DNA from: a virus
Taxonomy: Duplodnaviria > Caudoviricetes
Length of the DNA stretch: 55,989 nt
IMG/VR virus record: IMGVR_UViG_3300022752_000086
Span: 1-55,989 of that record
Strand: one strand, 5' to 3'
How positions within the stretch are numbered: the stretch's first letter is position 1; every line of letters starts with the position of its first letter. Below, in pieces: positions 14,601 through 21,728 of this stretch. The notes under the pieces are model-generated. The model worked only from the letters and a program-made list of their open reading frames with translations, did not search any database and had not been told where the DNA came from. The position numbers and the translations under genes were made by a program.

Positions 14601-17600
14601 TGCTGTTGGAAGACCGTATGTGCCGTCATCCAATAAAAGTATATCTTTATATGTTTCTAAATCACTATCCCACGTTATACCAAATGGATACGCTGGATCT
14701 GTTTCGTCTGTTTGATATCCACCATATAACCATAATGCACAGTTAAAATCAACCTCTGGATCGCACGGCTCCGTTGAATGATATGTCCTAGGAGAAATAC
14801 ACCAAGGTCTAGAATCTCCTGGCCTTCCTGGATCTTTACATGTTTCATATATTTGATTTGCTATAAATGTTCCACCTTTAAAACATACTGGTTTTTCAGA
14901 TGGATTTTGCATTCCAGTTATGCCTTGGGTGATAAACATAGCATATCCTGGTTCTCCACCAAATTCACTGTATCGTTTAAATGGTCTTTTGCCTACTATG
15001 GTATTTTTAATAGTCTCGAATTCAACTTCATTCATCACTCTACAACTAAAACAACCACTATTTACTCCATCGTTCCATAAAGATTTATCTTGACTATAAT
15101 CATAGAATTTTTTATAGTTACTTAAATCTATATTTGTATTGTAATGAAATAAAGCTATTCCTGTTAAACCAGAATTTGATGGTTTTTTATTTCCAGTGTC
15201 TACTCCACCAGGTTCTGTTTCTAATGATTCGTTAAAAATATGATCAAGATATGTTGTTCCTGCACAGCCATATGAATTTAATAGTAAATAAATATTTTCG
15301 TTTCTATCTACAGCAAAGAAAGGTATTTCTACTGCAGAAAGATTTATTTCTTGTTGATTTAATTGTTTATTAAATCTTTCAACTGCACTTGGCAGTCCTT
15401 TCTTTATTAGATTTGTACCAGTATCCGCAGTAATTCCTATAATACCATCATGACCCCATGCATATAATTTATTATTTTTACCAAGAGCTGCAATTGAATA
15501 CGGAGAACATGCTATAAGTTTTGTTTTAACTGTATTTAATTCTAGTGGTTTTGAAACTAATTCTCTATTCAAATTTTTTCTTATCTGCCCGTAAATAGTA
15601 TCATCAAAATCACTTATTCTTGAGTCTCCGCTTATATTATTTAAAGTAACTCCTCGGAAAGATCCCCAAGTATACACATCTCCAGTATCTGTTAATGCTG
15701 CAGTAAAATAATATCCGCATTCTAATTGTATAACTGTTTTATCATTTAATGATTCAGGAACTGTGGATTGGCCATAATTAGGCCAATTATTAAGCGAATC
15801 TGCAGTAGTTCCTGCGCCCCAACATAAAACTTTACCATCATCTGTAAGACCACATGTATGATAACGACCAGTAACAACTCTAACAAATTTTCTATTAGTC
15901 TGTGGTGTATTTAATTGATTAAATGAGTTACTACCCCAGGTTACTATTTTACCATCAATTCTAAGAGCAGCAGCATGTAAACCAGTAGCAGACACATCTA
16001 AAAATTGACCACTTGGTAATGGAAATAATGGAAAGTCGTATTGTTTATAATAATTTGCAGGAGAACCACTACCAAATAAAGTTCTATCAGAACGTTTTAT
16101 TCCTATAAAATAATCATAATTAGGAGTTGGTATTGCTAAATTGTATCGTCTACCAAAATCTGAAAGAATAATAAATTTTTCTCTAGGATTAGCAGTGCCC
16201 AAAGTACCATACCATATATTTGCTTTTCTATCAATTAAATTTTCAAAAACACTCTTAGCAAATGATTTACTATAAAGTTTTGTTTTATCTTTTTTTAGTA
16301 TTGGTATTTTTGTTACAGGATCTAGGGGTGGTGTATTATCTATAAATTGATCACAAGTTTGATAAGCTATGGGTTTTGCTAAAATCAATATATGATTTTC
16401 GCCTATAGCAATATCATCCGCAAACCAATCTTCTATATTATCTGGATTTGTACACTCTGTTTTAGGTGTTCTTATTTGTATTATTTTAGAACCAATAAAT
16501 TCACCCCAACATAACACATTTCCATCTTCCATTATACCACAACTATATTCTGAAGGATATGTTTTACTAGCTAGCTTTATTATTTTTTTTTTTGTTAAAG
16601 AGCCACCACAGTCTAAAGCATCACAAGTAGCTTGTACAAAACTACAATCTGCTCCTGCAGGAAGTGCAAAATATTTAAATCCTAATGCTAAACACTGTTC
16701 TCTAGACAAATTTTGAGTACAAGTAGCACTATTACTAACACCCGTATCATTATTAGTGCCGCATGTACAGCAGGCACCATTTTCTGGTATATCACTTTTA
16801 CAAGACAAATCGTTTCTTCTGTCAGAGCATGATATAGTTTTAAATGAACCACTTAATTGATTGCATTGTTGTTGTGTAATGTAATCATAACAGACTGTAG
16901 AATTTATTTCAGAGGCATCAGTATTACAGAAACAACAAGAACCCATACTCGGAATATATGGATAATTTATTGCCCCTTCAGTTTCAAATAATAGATTTGA
17001 ATCGTTTACAATTACAGTATCTACACCATCATTGAATTTAAAAGTATTTTTACTATACCAATTTTTATCTGTGTTGTCATAATAAAATTGAGAAATACTA
17101 ATATTTGTATTTTGTACAGTTATACCACTACTAGAAGTATTAATATTATCTGTTAAACTTTGTAAAAATAAAGTTATACCTGTATTTTCAATCCAATCGT
17201 AAGTTATTCCAGTATTATAAGTAAAACCAGATAATGATATTGCACTTGATCCACTGGCTCCAATTAATGATTTATTTTGTAAAGATCGTACTGCCGCAGT
17301 ATTAGGTGCCTCTATAACAAAATCATTTCCTTGATACGAAAGAGTAATTCCTACTCCCTCTATAACTTTAAATGTTGTTGTTATACCAACAACACTTTGA
17401 ACTAATAAGAAATTCTGTGTTAGATCAGAAGAAGGAACTGTGCCTCTAAATTCGTAATACTGATTGGCTATAGAACCATAACTAGTCGGAGCAGAACCAG
17501 TATTTCCAGTTAATCCATCTATTATTAATGTAGTACCATCGGGATCATTTAGTGTGATAATAACTTTATCAGAACCGCTTTTTGATAAAGAGCTTATACT

Positions 17601-17744
17601 ATAACCAAAAGGTCCTGTATTTCCTGTTGGGCCAGTGTTACCGGTATTTCCTTGTGGTCCTGGAGGCCCTTGCGGTCCACGTCCTCCTGCTCCACCTGGA
17701 ACATAAATTGTTTGTATTGTGCTATTACCAATATTACTGGGCAT
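2619..17744 (-). CDS. Giant 5041-aa virion fibre/adhesin-like protein (collagen-like, GACC Cys repeats, many RCC1/BLIP-II repeats, WD40-like segment)
   Basis: GPQGPPGPQGNTGNTGPTG near the N-terminus; GSCC/GACC repeats; repeated RCC1 units such as VSATGLHAAALRIDGKIVTWGSNSFNQL and LSAGDYHSGGIRPDGSLILWGDNRSNQC; WD-like LYSGHDNGIIRGWDFD. Lies in the tail operon. Confidence 0.75.
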   Translation of the reverse strand: MPSNIGNSTIQTIYVPGGAGGRGPQGPPGPQGNTGNTGPTGNTGPFGYSISSLSKSGSDKVIITLNDPDGTTLIIDGLTGNTGSAPTSYGSIANQYYEFRGTVPSSDLTQNFLLVQSVVGITTTFKVIEGVGITLSYQGNDFVIEAPNTAAVRSLQNKSLIGASGSSAISLSGFTYNTGITYDWIENTGITLFLQSLTDNINTSSSGITVQNTNISISQFYYDNTDKNWYSKNTFKFNDGVDTVIVNDSNLLFETEGAINYPYIPSMGSCCFCNTDASEINSTVCYDYITQQQCNQLSGSFKTISCSDRRNDLSCKSDIPENGACCTCGTNNDTGVSNSATCTQNLSREQCLALGFKYFALPAGADCSFVQATCDALDCGGSLTKKKIIKLASKTYPSEYSCGIMEDGNVLCWGEFIGSKIIQIRTPKTECTNPDNIEDWFADDIAIGENHILILAKPIAYQTCDQFIDNTPPLDPVTKIPILKKDKTKLYSKSFAKSVFENLIDRKANIWYGTLGTANPREKFIILSDFGRRYNLAIPTPNYDYFIGIKRSDRTLFGSGSPANYYKQYDFPLFPLPSGQFLDVSATGLHAAALRIDGKIVTWGSNSFNQLNTPQTNRKFVRVVTGRYHTCGLTDDGKVLCWGAGTTADSLNNWPNYGQSTVPESLNDKTVIQLECGYYFTAALTDTGDVYTWGSFRGVTLNNISGDSRISDFDDTIYGQIRKNLNRELVSKPLELNTVKTKLIACSPYSIAALGKNNKLYAWGHDGIIGITADTGTNLIKKGLPSAVERFNKQLNQQEINLSAVEIPFFAVDRNENIYLLLNSYGCAGTTYLDHIFNESLETEPGGVDTGNKKPSNSGLTGIALFHYNTNIDLSNYKKFYDYSQDKSLWNDGVNSGCFSCRVMNEVEFETIKNTIVGKRPFKRYSEFGGEPGYAMFITQGITGMQNPSEKPVCFKGGTFIANQIYETCKDPGRPGDSRPWCISPRTYHSTEPCDPEVDFNCALWLYGGYQTDETDPAYPFGITWDSDLETYKDILLLDDGTYGLPTAENPERLDDDGNPIKKPLSGCSNLYGCRKGASHYRSIIWKANNRTCINCISGDECDFVDLNLAYITRGSGFTGLTAQQFLGSNHCFYKETQQYVWQTEDNKTQLFPIFKNINPCADLDSDQNLTNDEDDLLGCSKQILKEQLILKFDQSTFTRVDEVASYPSIQSTVIENNVFCSNRPTKDPLWTSRQYAFDGLFNICEKTKNEIVEKYYEPRFIKQEITNLLTSGNMAYYTMKPDLFFMNDYSKLQNYTILTSTTASDKNYVLNKMYSGESGEILLINRNGGYLRTWNNSELIVINKDRYGNDVSPFACDPYTTLTNRDPAFSSDLYCGAWPNGILSRRILAATLGHRHGMYIVASDECLHDNGITFDTSPACSKGYIMAIPNGTGFTGLNGPVSDTKKQSEFWKAVIASKGPENPFFSIKNSNEPLFIDTISRNINRYQASSGFYHSCIIADEELTIGDISYNPGDVICWGVGIPKKPQTSFSFDQAKSITYSNENDYAIEVSCGHFHTLVLQNTNERKNLVAYGAGTLTQNDLNAKKYDFGQSIIPERVKQIEQYIKFIGSGPFYNGVIYSLAPNRYGYIGWGYGTSENSWIKTKQFSKKVVDFSLGDEHVVILFEDGTVDCLCDNNYNGVCDISTDPILQNKKFKHVYAKGNLTLAIDKDDSPYVFGDIKDNIESIPPELTNLERGRIIKKISAGKEHSLVLKGYVDDVLGVGDIIGFGNDPVLTEYPSPDIKWLKTGSASNTTIAVIDTPYKQLKIYGDGKNEPYINEKIYKTDLIGTTGISTKPIEWLLSHYGSLEDPTLKEYLQFIRREKLKDPNNTGYSCRDIAADGFRGIAIKTIPDIKWNNNDIGYFSRVVPWGFRYKTQPRNLNLLFEKVKLVVDPNNGDMFAIRVLPVEVLTNTLGTAVKIEKYYIKVGDDDSPFVKYDENWISYGYNQNETLGTRIENDIAYKNLYQYSAGIVLDGDLYEFTSFKEMSMGRWHTIGIINDPPIDGVASPIDYLPYVWGDPDIEENYGQIGLPLADDGIPLRFRSISANNYHNVGILYKGPYDIGRTIAGVEYEDYQVYCWGAEIYGSEISNTVNYGQTQPPLINGKPIKAKQVSAGLYHSMALTETGEAYAWGAGSEKDAIANAKQSNPHYGQSVIPTDELKKKYNFIYLSAGDYHSGGIRPDGSLILWGDNRSNQCNEVYSKTNKFTKINCANQYTIGLTEDGIVYGWGFGSSESLATVPIISPGQRNPGYSVLSAFPPRETIGVSNFNEHTNAKMDSDIGNIVGENNIVIAKDQETVLLPSSGSDAEIEQDTLDTWGDTTFSATEFFEEIFVADYRPIYYNFSYPINRELSIFLNYGSGYINRPNIKYDDAKIYQFIDGHGLNAGFDYQKYLNNQSDITKLTPYPLSRIDGITGIPLPIFADFGSAYKNKNYNRGIAVTHGPSDSEFDYPSYRPITTIVDETTGETTVTRRDPDKWSVNPLGFFKNTQRDGYYGIGPTQFFMIQESDVIDGATAFTFYCNTPRDHYKWHAIFKESILDGSLDPNELSFGIGQYKSNNRFPIDFKPGYKSQFGINWGFAKDDTTGQLIIKEYDWLDAYSFALGWNPNTNERVDYFDLHHNIWASDSNLKKSLPECSDCILLNDIKKGFTPLESISGRFGYNVYTLNMDASNHHASARGMIKVCGKLDIADPRVKPWVKILNSFNECGDPCNIDETDTNSRNSCKEYLIDTTALFGSMFYANTEASYPLEYTDHASEFSTLSDAIPTKYIWNDFTREVVVVEGGETKIVEINIENDGKALDFIDLRDIIPEQNQAVSDKGDQKLADGFFNRKGYLNRLHFPKWLKLKYFWKSDNLCDDDINCKGRPNPYIENKYIFRFRPDKNDSLWVCFNVYGNYNWGDNSQGQLGDIEKIEGRDLRKQTYKEKPWIPAFLNANISPEFVGTRTAPISCGMYHTVYDFSEVNKKSYKTFFNPYSNIQAIYAHTHNFISDPDRPDIFSSDNFYLPVQTIKYSPLKPIESGIYIQSIPCAYRIQGKTYLTAGENSENESTENIGGEGAKFIETSNSKFGHRVYAAGNKHNFASLISDANNYVAFTWGGAEFQGRGMTGIATIELPEDQIQDCANRLGLTADNNLRLFPNCCKDVFGGISYAYGDPNPQGRYLGGIELYDQNDHSAESWIRDQRRNQCLQDPCPCYNSCATDCDCQYCDSALEDCYNSEWYTKDNRVDGKWRPCSERRPECGEPGAQTLSFEDANINCRACLLNDYRHVNIEHVSTRADHNIILTRDPERDYPPDYNQYIEAQIYDGSNKVKLLSWEDNRGVTLFNGAVAAGLFPTVYGPLNTYFAKYQNFIVVGGQNEYGQVSLPPQNKANKSLDIKYQKYDDFVLKMEGVTASFCSVFGPGYGNGDLSQTSTSLDDYQLITASAGKYHNVYAGYFGLRQNKVPSNILLNVTVPLYYGNSATRNTSDGYNIPENIEQQRGTLKGFTYSLYDQNIVVWGATYAKQDELPEELIPQTTAKSIFDASFEAIFNTPFENKEIKNIDWSFDQKYLLISMNNLDSGEVVVLDANDMIQDKKITVIKSIKTSSPIIKAKWAFPSSRRLIIATSNTITTHRLTEKSKKVMKFILRLESINSETGQIISRITQNTQPIDLEALRYFNRIILTCKQYNTSVNIAFHFYAKEREQLKRFKYIVRLSRDTLFRENETLAELYNHPTNNSLRMEGNLFVVDENDNIIGIPSTIINDIDDGSVTISNTWNMDDIRLESDTPYETQSYSRTFSNTITDFICSKNGKCEIFVGFNTGDILEIDPSNPDNDLLLDSLQYTNVIGYNYPKSKVTVLESDHFGNLYSGHDNGIIRGWDFDNKLIWVSFAKASTKNTTIFDYNKEPIGSITSLSAAIPTTPSDLTSMDPPVLWSATRSVENSNLFNKKMKIRITELSELSNGQKQFEVFYEISDPVHIAWIENVWFKGFLDRYDYCESTGWDPIKNCDVYLLTDSEFIWNYWSSYFKYSIGGQTRFIKLFLELKPLIGALVDLKNQYRAQSSLPNKKLLFKFKAYNFLKISQPNVFGNYIPYCFNKNNETKYEYLFDNIDSFKQIRDDGLLGQTLTIDSGYLFGNFNNTYDTQFVSYEKEGIKEYYKNNTDVELLQLYEDSNILAQCGSCYRNINISRIGVISQNYSERIAFTRTGPGLFKWFITNIGIPDRHSSELYDSPYFNLEGKNYNSSDTNGLDISNINTRDKSKDDTEEIIKIQSAIKHPLSPSYDIKRNKMFYFTIGTDNDVRITSYDPSNNDNNPKWNLIYPGVRNLDGTPDRSKAIIDGTWNTEASHIALIHKDGTLKIIDPFNRFALVTPIDSISGTNIIKLQAGDEHTCLLYKDEIEQQNKILCWGNNSDNQCVWPKTAYEINKLFVNDTEIEEIWAGGYHNCISTNQNSYLSGVDRYMKTPLCWGRNTHGQTEIPNVNVIDMSLGREFTAWLDPQVRDTGCSSQVSDRGGIRIKGNLQQFVKDRATTSYSGDNRSGIIFGNAYKHLAAGTTHVVGFKYYNDECAGSTLTWTFAYDNFGIKYDCLDTPGWSEGVPTNIVDYINTLSTGTAVIRKEIEGMNPVYSFGDNTYQQSVPFYEFDTKQLRNSSKYLLNAYTDGRKWGWSYYSTASVDGEPNVDSFYGLSPNTSFRAGVINNYPLGINAGGYFNATVWRDTFEREIWHTYPYMPSSNVHDVLFGWGDNRYEQLSFQKKFATYNSLVANPMSEGPIITLGKSHIPVLTRTYDTNYQSILVLSDQRVIGLGATLEKQTDFAPVFTDATIGNGYALYLTDLGLVLPQISYNRQWIGPGIPQYLYDLSRGGQIGGCSINPYSSYIRSFRSIREVVAGVDQAMFITNEGKVFPVICLSGGAPSYFNDITSNQFSMNTVPAQWYNYSISTLGFGLYHISALSTKGKVYTYGVVPTYRFSGQYRQSVIPPSLEINSSIKYMNTGKYHTNAMSIRIAESGEIVRRLWSYGKSVSI

Positions 17745-17774
17745 ACTATAATAGTAGTTATATTAAATTAATTA

Positions 17775-20603
17775 TCACAGTTTTGGTAATTTCCATATTT
17801 TACTCTGTGAAGGATATCGTTCATCACAACGCAAAATTCTTATAGGTCTTAATTTATTTTTTTGTTGTCTGCTAGATTTATTAGTAGTATAATAGTCTAT
17901 ATTTCCTGTTTCTGATATTCCTATATCGAATGCCACAGTACCAGAAGCAGGAACTACTGCATCCTCATATTTTCCTTCTTCTTTAGTGTAATCAAATGAT
18001 CCTGTAGATGTCCAATAATTTCCATTTAATGGCTGATAACCTTTTTCTAATAGTGCTAGATTTATATTAAAATCTGCAGTATTGAGAGTTTTTGCTGCAA
18101 TAAATGCCATTTCATCATGACTTGGAACAAACCAATCAGAAAGGTATATTGGATTTCCAGTAATACCTTGATTTTCTGAAGTTATTCCTGTTGATAGTTG
18201 ATCGATAATATTAAATATATTAGGAGTAGACGGCATATATCCTGTCATTCCTAATGAAGTAGCTTTCAAAGAATACATAGCTCTTAAAGAATTATATAAT
18301 CCATTAGATCTAAACCAATTTCCGTGTAATGAATAATGAGATTTATTGAATACTTTTGATTCTCCTAATGGTTCATATCCTAAAATATCATAACAACTTT
18401 TAAAGTTTTCGTTTATAAACTCTAAATTATCAGATAAGGTAGAACCAGTAACCCCACGATACCAATATCCTTCATTATAATTTATAATATCATTTATATA
18501 AGAAATCCCTCGATATTCTATTTCAGAGTATACACCAAAATTTGTTATTGGTCCCCATGAAGAGTATCCATTCAATCCCCAGTGAAAGGTATTATACATA
18601 GTAGTTTCTGTTAAAGGATTTTTTACAGTATAATTACCATCAGTAGAAATATCATTAGGATAAACAATAATCAGATAACCACCAGCATCTTCTTGACAAG
18701 AAATATCAACCATATTAGCTTCTGGTTCTAGTTCTGAAGTAAACAGCGATGATTGAAATTTAGTTTCTGTTGTAAATGCGTAATTATTCTTTGAAAATAA
18801 AGAAGAACATCCTAATATTTTGCTAATACCTGGAGTAAATCGCCCAACTATTACGCCTCCACCAAATTCATTTCCTGGAAGCAGTCCTTCTGTATTTGTT
18901 GAACTACAGATATCATCTGCACTACAAATAACATTATTACATGTTTTATTATAGCCTGTAAAAATTCCCCCAGAATTTATACAATTTGCATATGTTAATT
19001 GTTGGCAAGAACCATCAATACAGCATGCACCAGTAGAACCAGAGCATATACTAATACCATTTGTGATACATTTAGAGAAATTTCCGTGATAAAAACCGCC
19101 ATTGGCTATACATTCTGAATTAGATAACTGAAAACAGTTTCCTGTACCATCACAACATGCACCAGTAAATATATCCAAAGAACAATCAACATCAGCACAC
19201 GACAAATTAGTTCCACCAAATTTTGCAACTATTCCTGGAACATTATTAAACTGTAAACAATCAGAACATAGTATATCATCATGGCATACTATAGCAATAC
19301 CATTATTAATACAGCATGGTCCTTTTTGATTACAAACAAATTGTCCTGTAGATCCGCATGTTGTTCCCGAACCATGAAAATAACCATAACAATCGTTTAC
19401 ACTACGTAATTCACATGTTCCATCATTTTTACAACATGCACCCAATTCATTAGAATTTACTGCGGAAGAAGAATAAAAAATATTTTCTTCTGTTGGTTTT
19501 ATTGTGCCACCAGGACCAAGCATTGAAGTATCGGTGCATGTTGGCGTGTAACCAAAAGCTAAACATTTAGCATCAGAATTAATGTATTTGCTTGTAGCTA
19601 ATGCAATACTAGAAATAAAATTAATAACAATTAAACTAGAACAAGTAGTTCCTTGAATATCAGAACAGAATCCAATTTGTTTTGTGCTATTTCTTGATAA
19701 TCTATTAAAAAATGGACTGATTCCTTGGGTAAACCAACCAATGTCAGATTCAGTCGTTCTTGTTTTAATAGTATGTGCAATATCAAAACTTCCAGGTTCA
19801 GTTGGACTGTTTCCTTTTGCATTTTCTACGTATAGTGTAAAAGAACCAAAGCCAAATTGAAACGCATCTTTGGTGTTGTATATCATTACACTTGTTAATA
19901 ATCCTGGATTTCCTCCATTATTCATATCTAAGTGAATGGCTTTTAATAGCGGTTTATTGGATGAAGGTTTAGGATTAATTGCTATTCTTAAGCCAGTAGA
20001 TAAATTTCCAAGTGTTTGAACATAATCGTCATAATAACTGGAGTCTGTGTGTGGATATGAGGTAGTATTATTAATTTCATTTGCTTGAACAAATAAAGTA
20101 GCAAATCCTCTAGTAATACCAACCAGAGTTCCGGAACCATTTAAAAATTTTACAATGTTATTATTTTTATTTGCACTACCACTAACACTAACCGATGTTG
20201 TTGACGGATTTGCTGTTACTATTACTTTAGAACCAACAGTTCTTACAGTTTGTCCTTCAAATTTTATAGGTCTCAGATTTATTATCGGTTTAATACCACT
20301 TAAATCTACAGAATGTACTAAACTAATTCCAGATCCTACAGTTACAGCATCTGCAAGATATACTGCTGGTCCTGTTTTTCCTTTTGCTATACCTGATGCT
20401 GCAGCAGAAGTTCCGTCTGAAAAATTATTCCAGAGAGACATACCAAATAAAGATATTCCCACTAAATGTGGACCAGTATCTCCCGTTGGACCCGGAGAAC
20501 CAATAAATCCTATATTTCCAGTAGGACCAGTAGGACCAGTATTACCTATTCCTCTAGATCTTAATCTATCAATTATACCAGAACCGATATAGTTTTTTGC
20601 CAC
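17775..20603 (-). CDS. Collagen-like/Cys-rich fibre protein with C-terminal DUF1566 (Lcl-C)-like domain, 942 aa
   Basis: GTG start; GNTGPTGPTG repeats; four GACC/GPCC Cys repeats; C-terminal PGNEFGGG..DWFVPSHDEM..YWTST..LRPIR motifs. Confidence 0.7.
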   Translation of the reverse strand: MAKNYIGSGIIDRLRSRGIGNTGPTGPTGNIGFIGSPGPTGDTGPHLVGISLFGMSLWNNFSDGTSAAASGIAKGKTGPAVYLADAVTVGSGISLVHSVDLSGIKPIINLRPIKFEGQTVRTVGSKVIVTANPSTTSVSVSGSANKNNNIVKFLNGSGTLVGITRGFATLFVQANEINNTTSYPHTDSSYYDDYVQTLGNLSTGLRIAINPKPSSNKPLLKAIHLDMNNGGNPGLLTSVMIYNTKDAFQFGFGSFTLYVENAKGNSPTEPGSFDIAHTIKTRTTESDIGWFTQGISPFFNRLSRNSTKQIGFCSDIQGTTCSSLIVINFISSIALATSKYINSDAKCLAFGYTPTCTDTSMLGPGGTIKPTEENIFYSSSAVNSNELGACCKNDGTCELRSVNDCYGYFHGSGTTCGSTGQFVCNQKGPCCINNGIAIVCHDDILCSDCLQFNNVPGIVAKFGGTNLSCADVDCSLDIFTGACCDGTGNCFQLSNSECIANGGFYHGNFSKCITNGISICSGSTGACCIDGSCQQLTYANCINSGGIFTGYNKTCNNVICSADDICSSTNTEGLLPGNEFGGGVIVGRFTPGISKILGCSSLFSKNNYAFTTETKFQSSLFTSELEPEANMVDISCQEDAGGYLIIVYPNDISTDGNYTVKNPLTETTMYNTFHWGLNGYSSWGPITNFGVYSEIEYRGISYINDIINYNEGYWYRGVTGSTLSDNLEFINENFKSCYDILGYEPLGESKVFNKSHYSLHGNWFRSNGLYNSLRAMYSLKATSLGMTGYMPSTPNIFNIIDQLSTGITSENQGITGNPIYLSDWFVPSHDEMAFIAAKTLNTADFNINLALLEKGYQPLNGNYWTSTGSFDYTKEEGKYEDAVVPASGTVAFDIGISETGNIDYYTTNKSSRQQKNKLRPIRILRCDERYPSQSKIWKLPKL

Positions 20604-20606
20604 GTA

Positions 20607-21716
20607 TTATAGTCCTATTCTGGTCTTTATTAATGCTATATCGCTTTCTATCTGAGTAATTTTAGTTTCTAAATCCGTAATATTTCCAAGAACCATAGTT
20701 CCACCAACTTCTAATTGATCTATAGCCAATTGTGTTGGTACAGTTACTCTAGTTAATGGTGCTTTATTTAACCAATATTTCATTAAAGTTCCATCTGATA
20801 GTCTTTCTGGTGTTTTTATTGGTAAAGTAAAATCCGTAATTGATGATCCAATTATTTGAAATGTTATTGAACCTATAGTGCAATAACCATTGTATATGGG
20901 CAATGAACTGGATGTTCTGCTTATTTTAACAGTAGTTCCAGAAGCAGATATAACAGCACCTATAGAACCATTACCTGATGGATTATTTTGTGTTACTGTT
21001 GAACCAACAACTATAGAACCAATATTTGCAGAAGACGCCATTGTCAGTTCAACATAATGAACTCCACTCTTAACACCAAACTGAGAATATAATATAGGAT
21101 TTTCGGATACAGTTAACATCTGGTTTGGTTTTGATAAATCTATATAATTTTCTCCAGGATTTCCGGAGGTTTGTACTAAAGTACCTACAGATTCTTCTCC
21201 TAATTGTAGCTGGGCAGCATTACCCATTTGATAACCCATATAATTTACAACTACACCATTAAATTCTCCATGTTTAGCTACTTGTATAACAGGCTTTACT
21301 ATAGCAATATTTGATCCAGTTGGTATTGCTACTTCTCCTGTCAATCCACCAGGAACAGTCCAATCTAAAAATAATATATCAATAAACGTATCTTCAGTAC
21401 TTGGGATAGCACTTAAACGAGAAGTCGGATAATTTATAGATCCATGTACTACTACATTATATTTGTTACCAGATATACTCTCAACAACACCAAATACTTC
21501 AGCATTTGCTTCCAAATTTGCCTGAGATCTATAATAAGTTTCATCATTGGGATTGTATCGTATACAATCACCAGCAGCAATTGAAGGATCTACGTTATAA
21601 TTTCCAGCACCACTACCATCTAGAGTCACTACCATTCTACTTGATGGTTGTTGTAGTACAACAGTTGGAGTGAATATTCTTGCGTTTTGTGATGAAGACG
21701 ATCTATTAGTACTCAT
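20607..21716 (-). CDS. Putative tail fibre/baseplate-associated structural protein, 369 aa
   Basis: Shares the AxNAEVFGVV..G.I..FL..TV.GG.T..KP.I domain with the 802-aa ORF; C-terminal coiled coil (LETKITQIESDIALIK). Confidence 0.55.
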   Translation of the reverse strand: MSTNRSSSSQNARIFTPTVVLQQPSSRMVVTLDGSGAGNYNVDPSIAAGDCIRYNPNDETYYRSQANLEANAEVFGVVESISGNKYNVVVHGSINYPTSRLSAIPSTEDTFIDILFLDWTVPGGLTGEVAIPTGSNIAIVKPVIQVAKHGEFNGVVVNYMGYQMGNAAQLQLGEESVGTLVQTSGNPGENYIDLSKPNQMLTVSENPILYSQFGVKSGVHYVELTMASSANIGSIVVGSTVTQNNPSGNGSIGAVISASGTTVKISRTSSSLPIYNGYCTIGSITFQIIGSSITDFTLPIKTPERLSDGTLMKYWLNKAPLTRVTVPTQLAIDQLEVGGTMVLGNITDLETKITQIESDIALIKTRIGL

Positions 21717-21728
21717 ATTTCCTCTTTA

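Noticed and set aside
2619-17744. Intein or stop-codon recoding explaining the giant ORF
   Set aside because: No Hint or LAGLIDADG motifs were noticed, and genes tile the window densely under the standard code.
17775-18200. Diversity-generating retroelement
   Set aside because: A DUF1566-like potential target exists, but no reverse transcriptase or TR/VR pair is visible in the window.
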